A DNA stretch of 64,000 bases from positions 33,666,001 through 33,730,000 of the forward strand of contig CM075984.1 in the NCBI GenBank assembly GCA_038087875.1, read 5' to 3'. A program made the position numbers and the translations under genes. Shown here in pieces: positions 63,873 to 64,000 of the stretch (within the stretch, counting starts at the first letter, position 1; every line of letters begins with the position of its first letter). This stretch comes from Malacoraja senta. Lineage: Eukaryota. The notes under the pieces are model-generated. The model made no database searches. It was not told where the DNA came from and worked only from the letters and a program-made list of their open reading frames with translations.

Positions 63873-64000
63873 GTAAATGCTGCATTCTATCCAATCAATA
63901 ATATTGTGGTTTTCTGACATTGACCCATATCTTGCTTGAGATAAGGGGGCACAGTTATAGTTGGTGCACTGATTTGATCCAGAAGTTATCCTAAAGGCAA

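Overview
Vertebrate genomic DNA, most likely from a cartilaginous fish (skate or ray). That assignment is inferred from the repeat content: HE1/V-SINE-like SINEs, HER1/CR1 LINEs and Neptune-type Penelope elements. The window lies inside one + strand gene, YEATS2. I read nine consecutive internal coding exons (1678-63872) with GT-AG borders and matching phases. They encode the low-complexity middle region; the YEATS domain and histone fold lie outside the window. The introns are packed with mobile elements: CR1, Rex1/Babar, Penelope-like, a bipartite RTE, V-SINEs, PIF/Harbinger MITEs, Tc1, a TTAA-TSD element and a Helitron. Highlights: (1) a young Penelope-like element sits just after a YEATS2 splice donor and exactly in frame with the exon, giving an open YEATS2-RT-GIY-YIG chimeric ORF followed by a hammerhead ribozyme core; (2) more than ten hammerhead-core copies, several arranged as ~200-bp palindromes with a core on each strand; (3) a short RTE whose 5' end has an HDV-ribozyme-like layout; (4) a Harbinger MITE with inverted telomeric repeats. 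Family names come from motif recognition, not from database searches.
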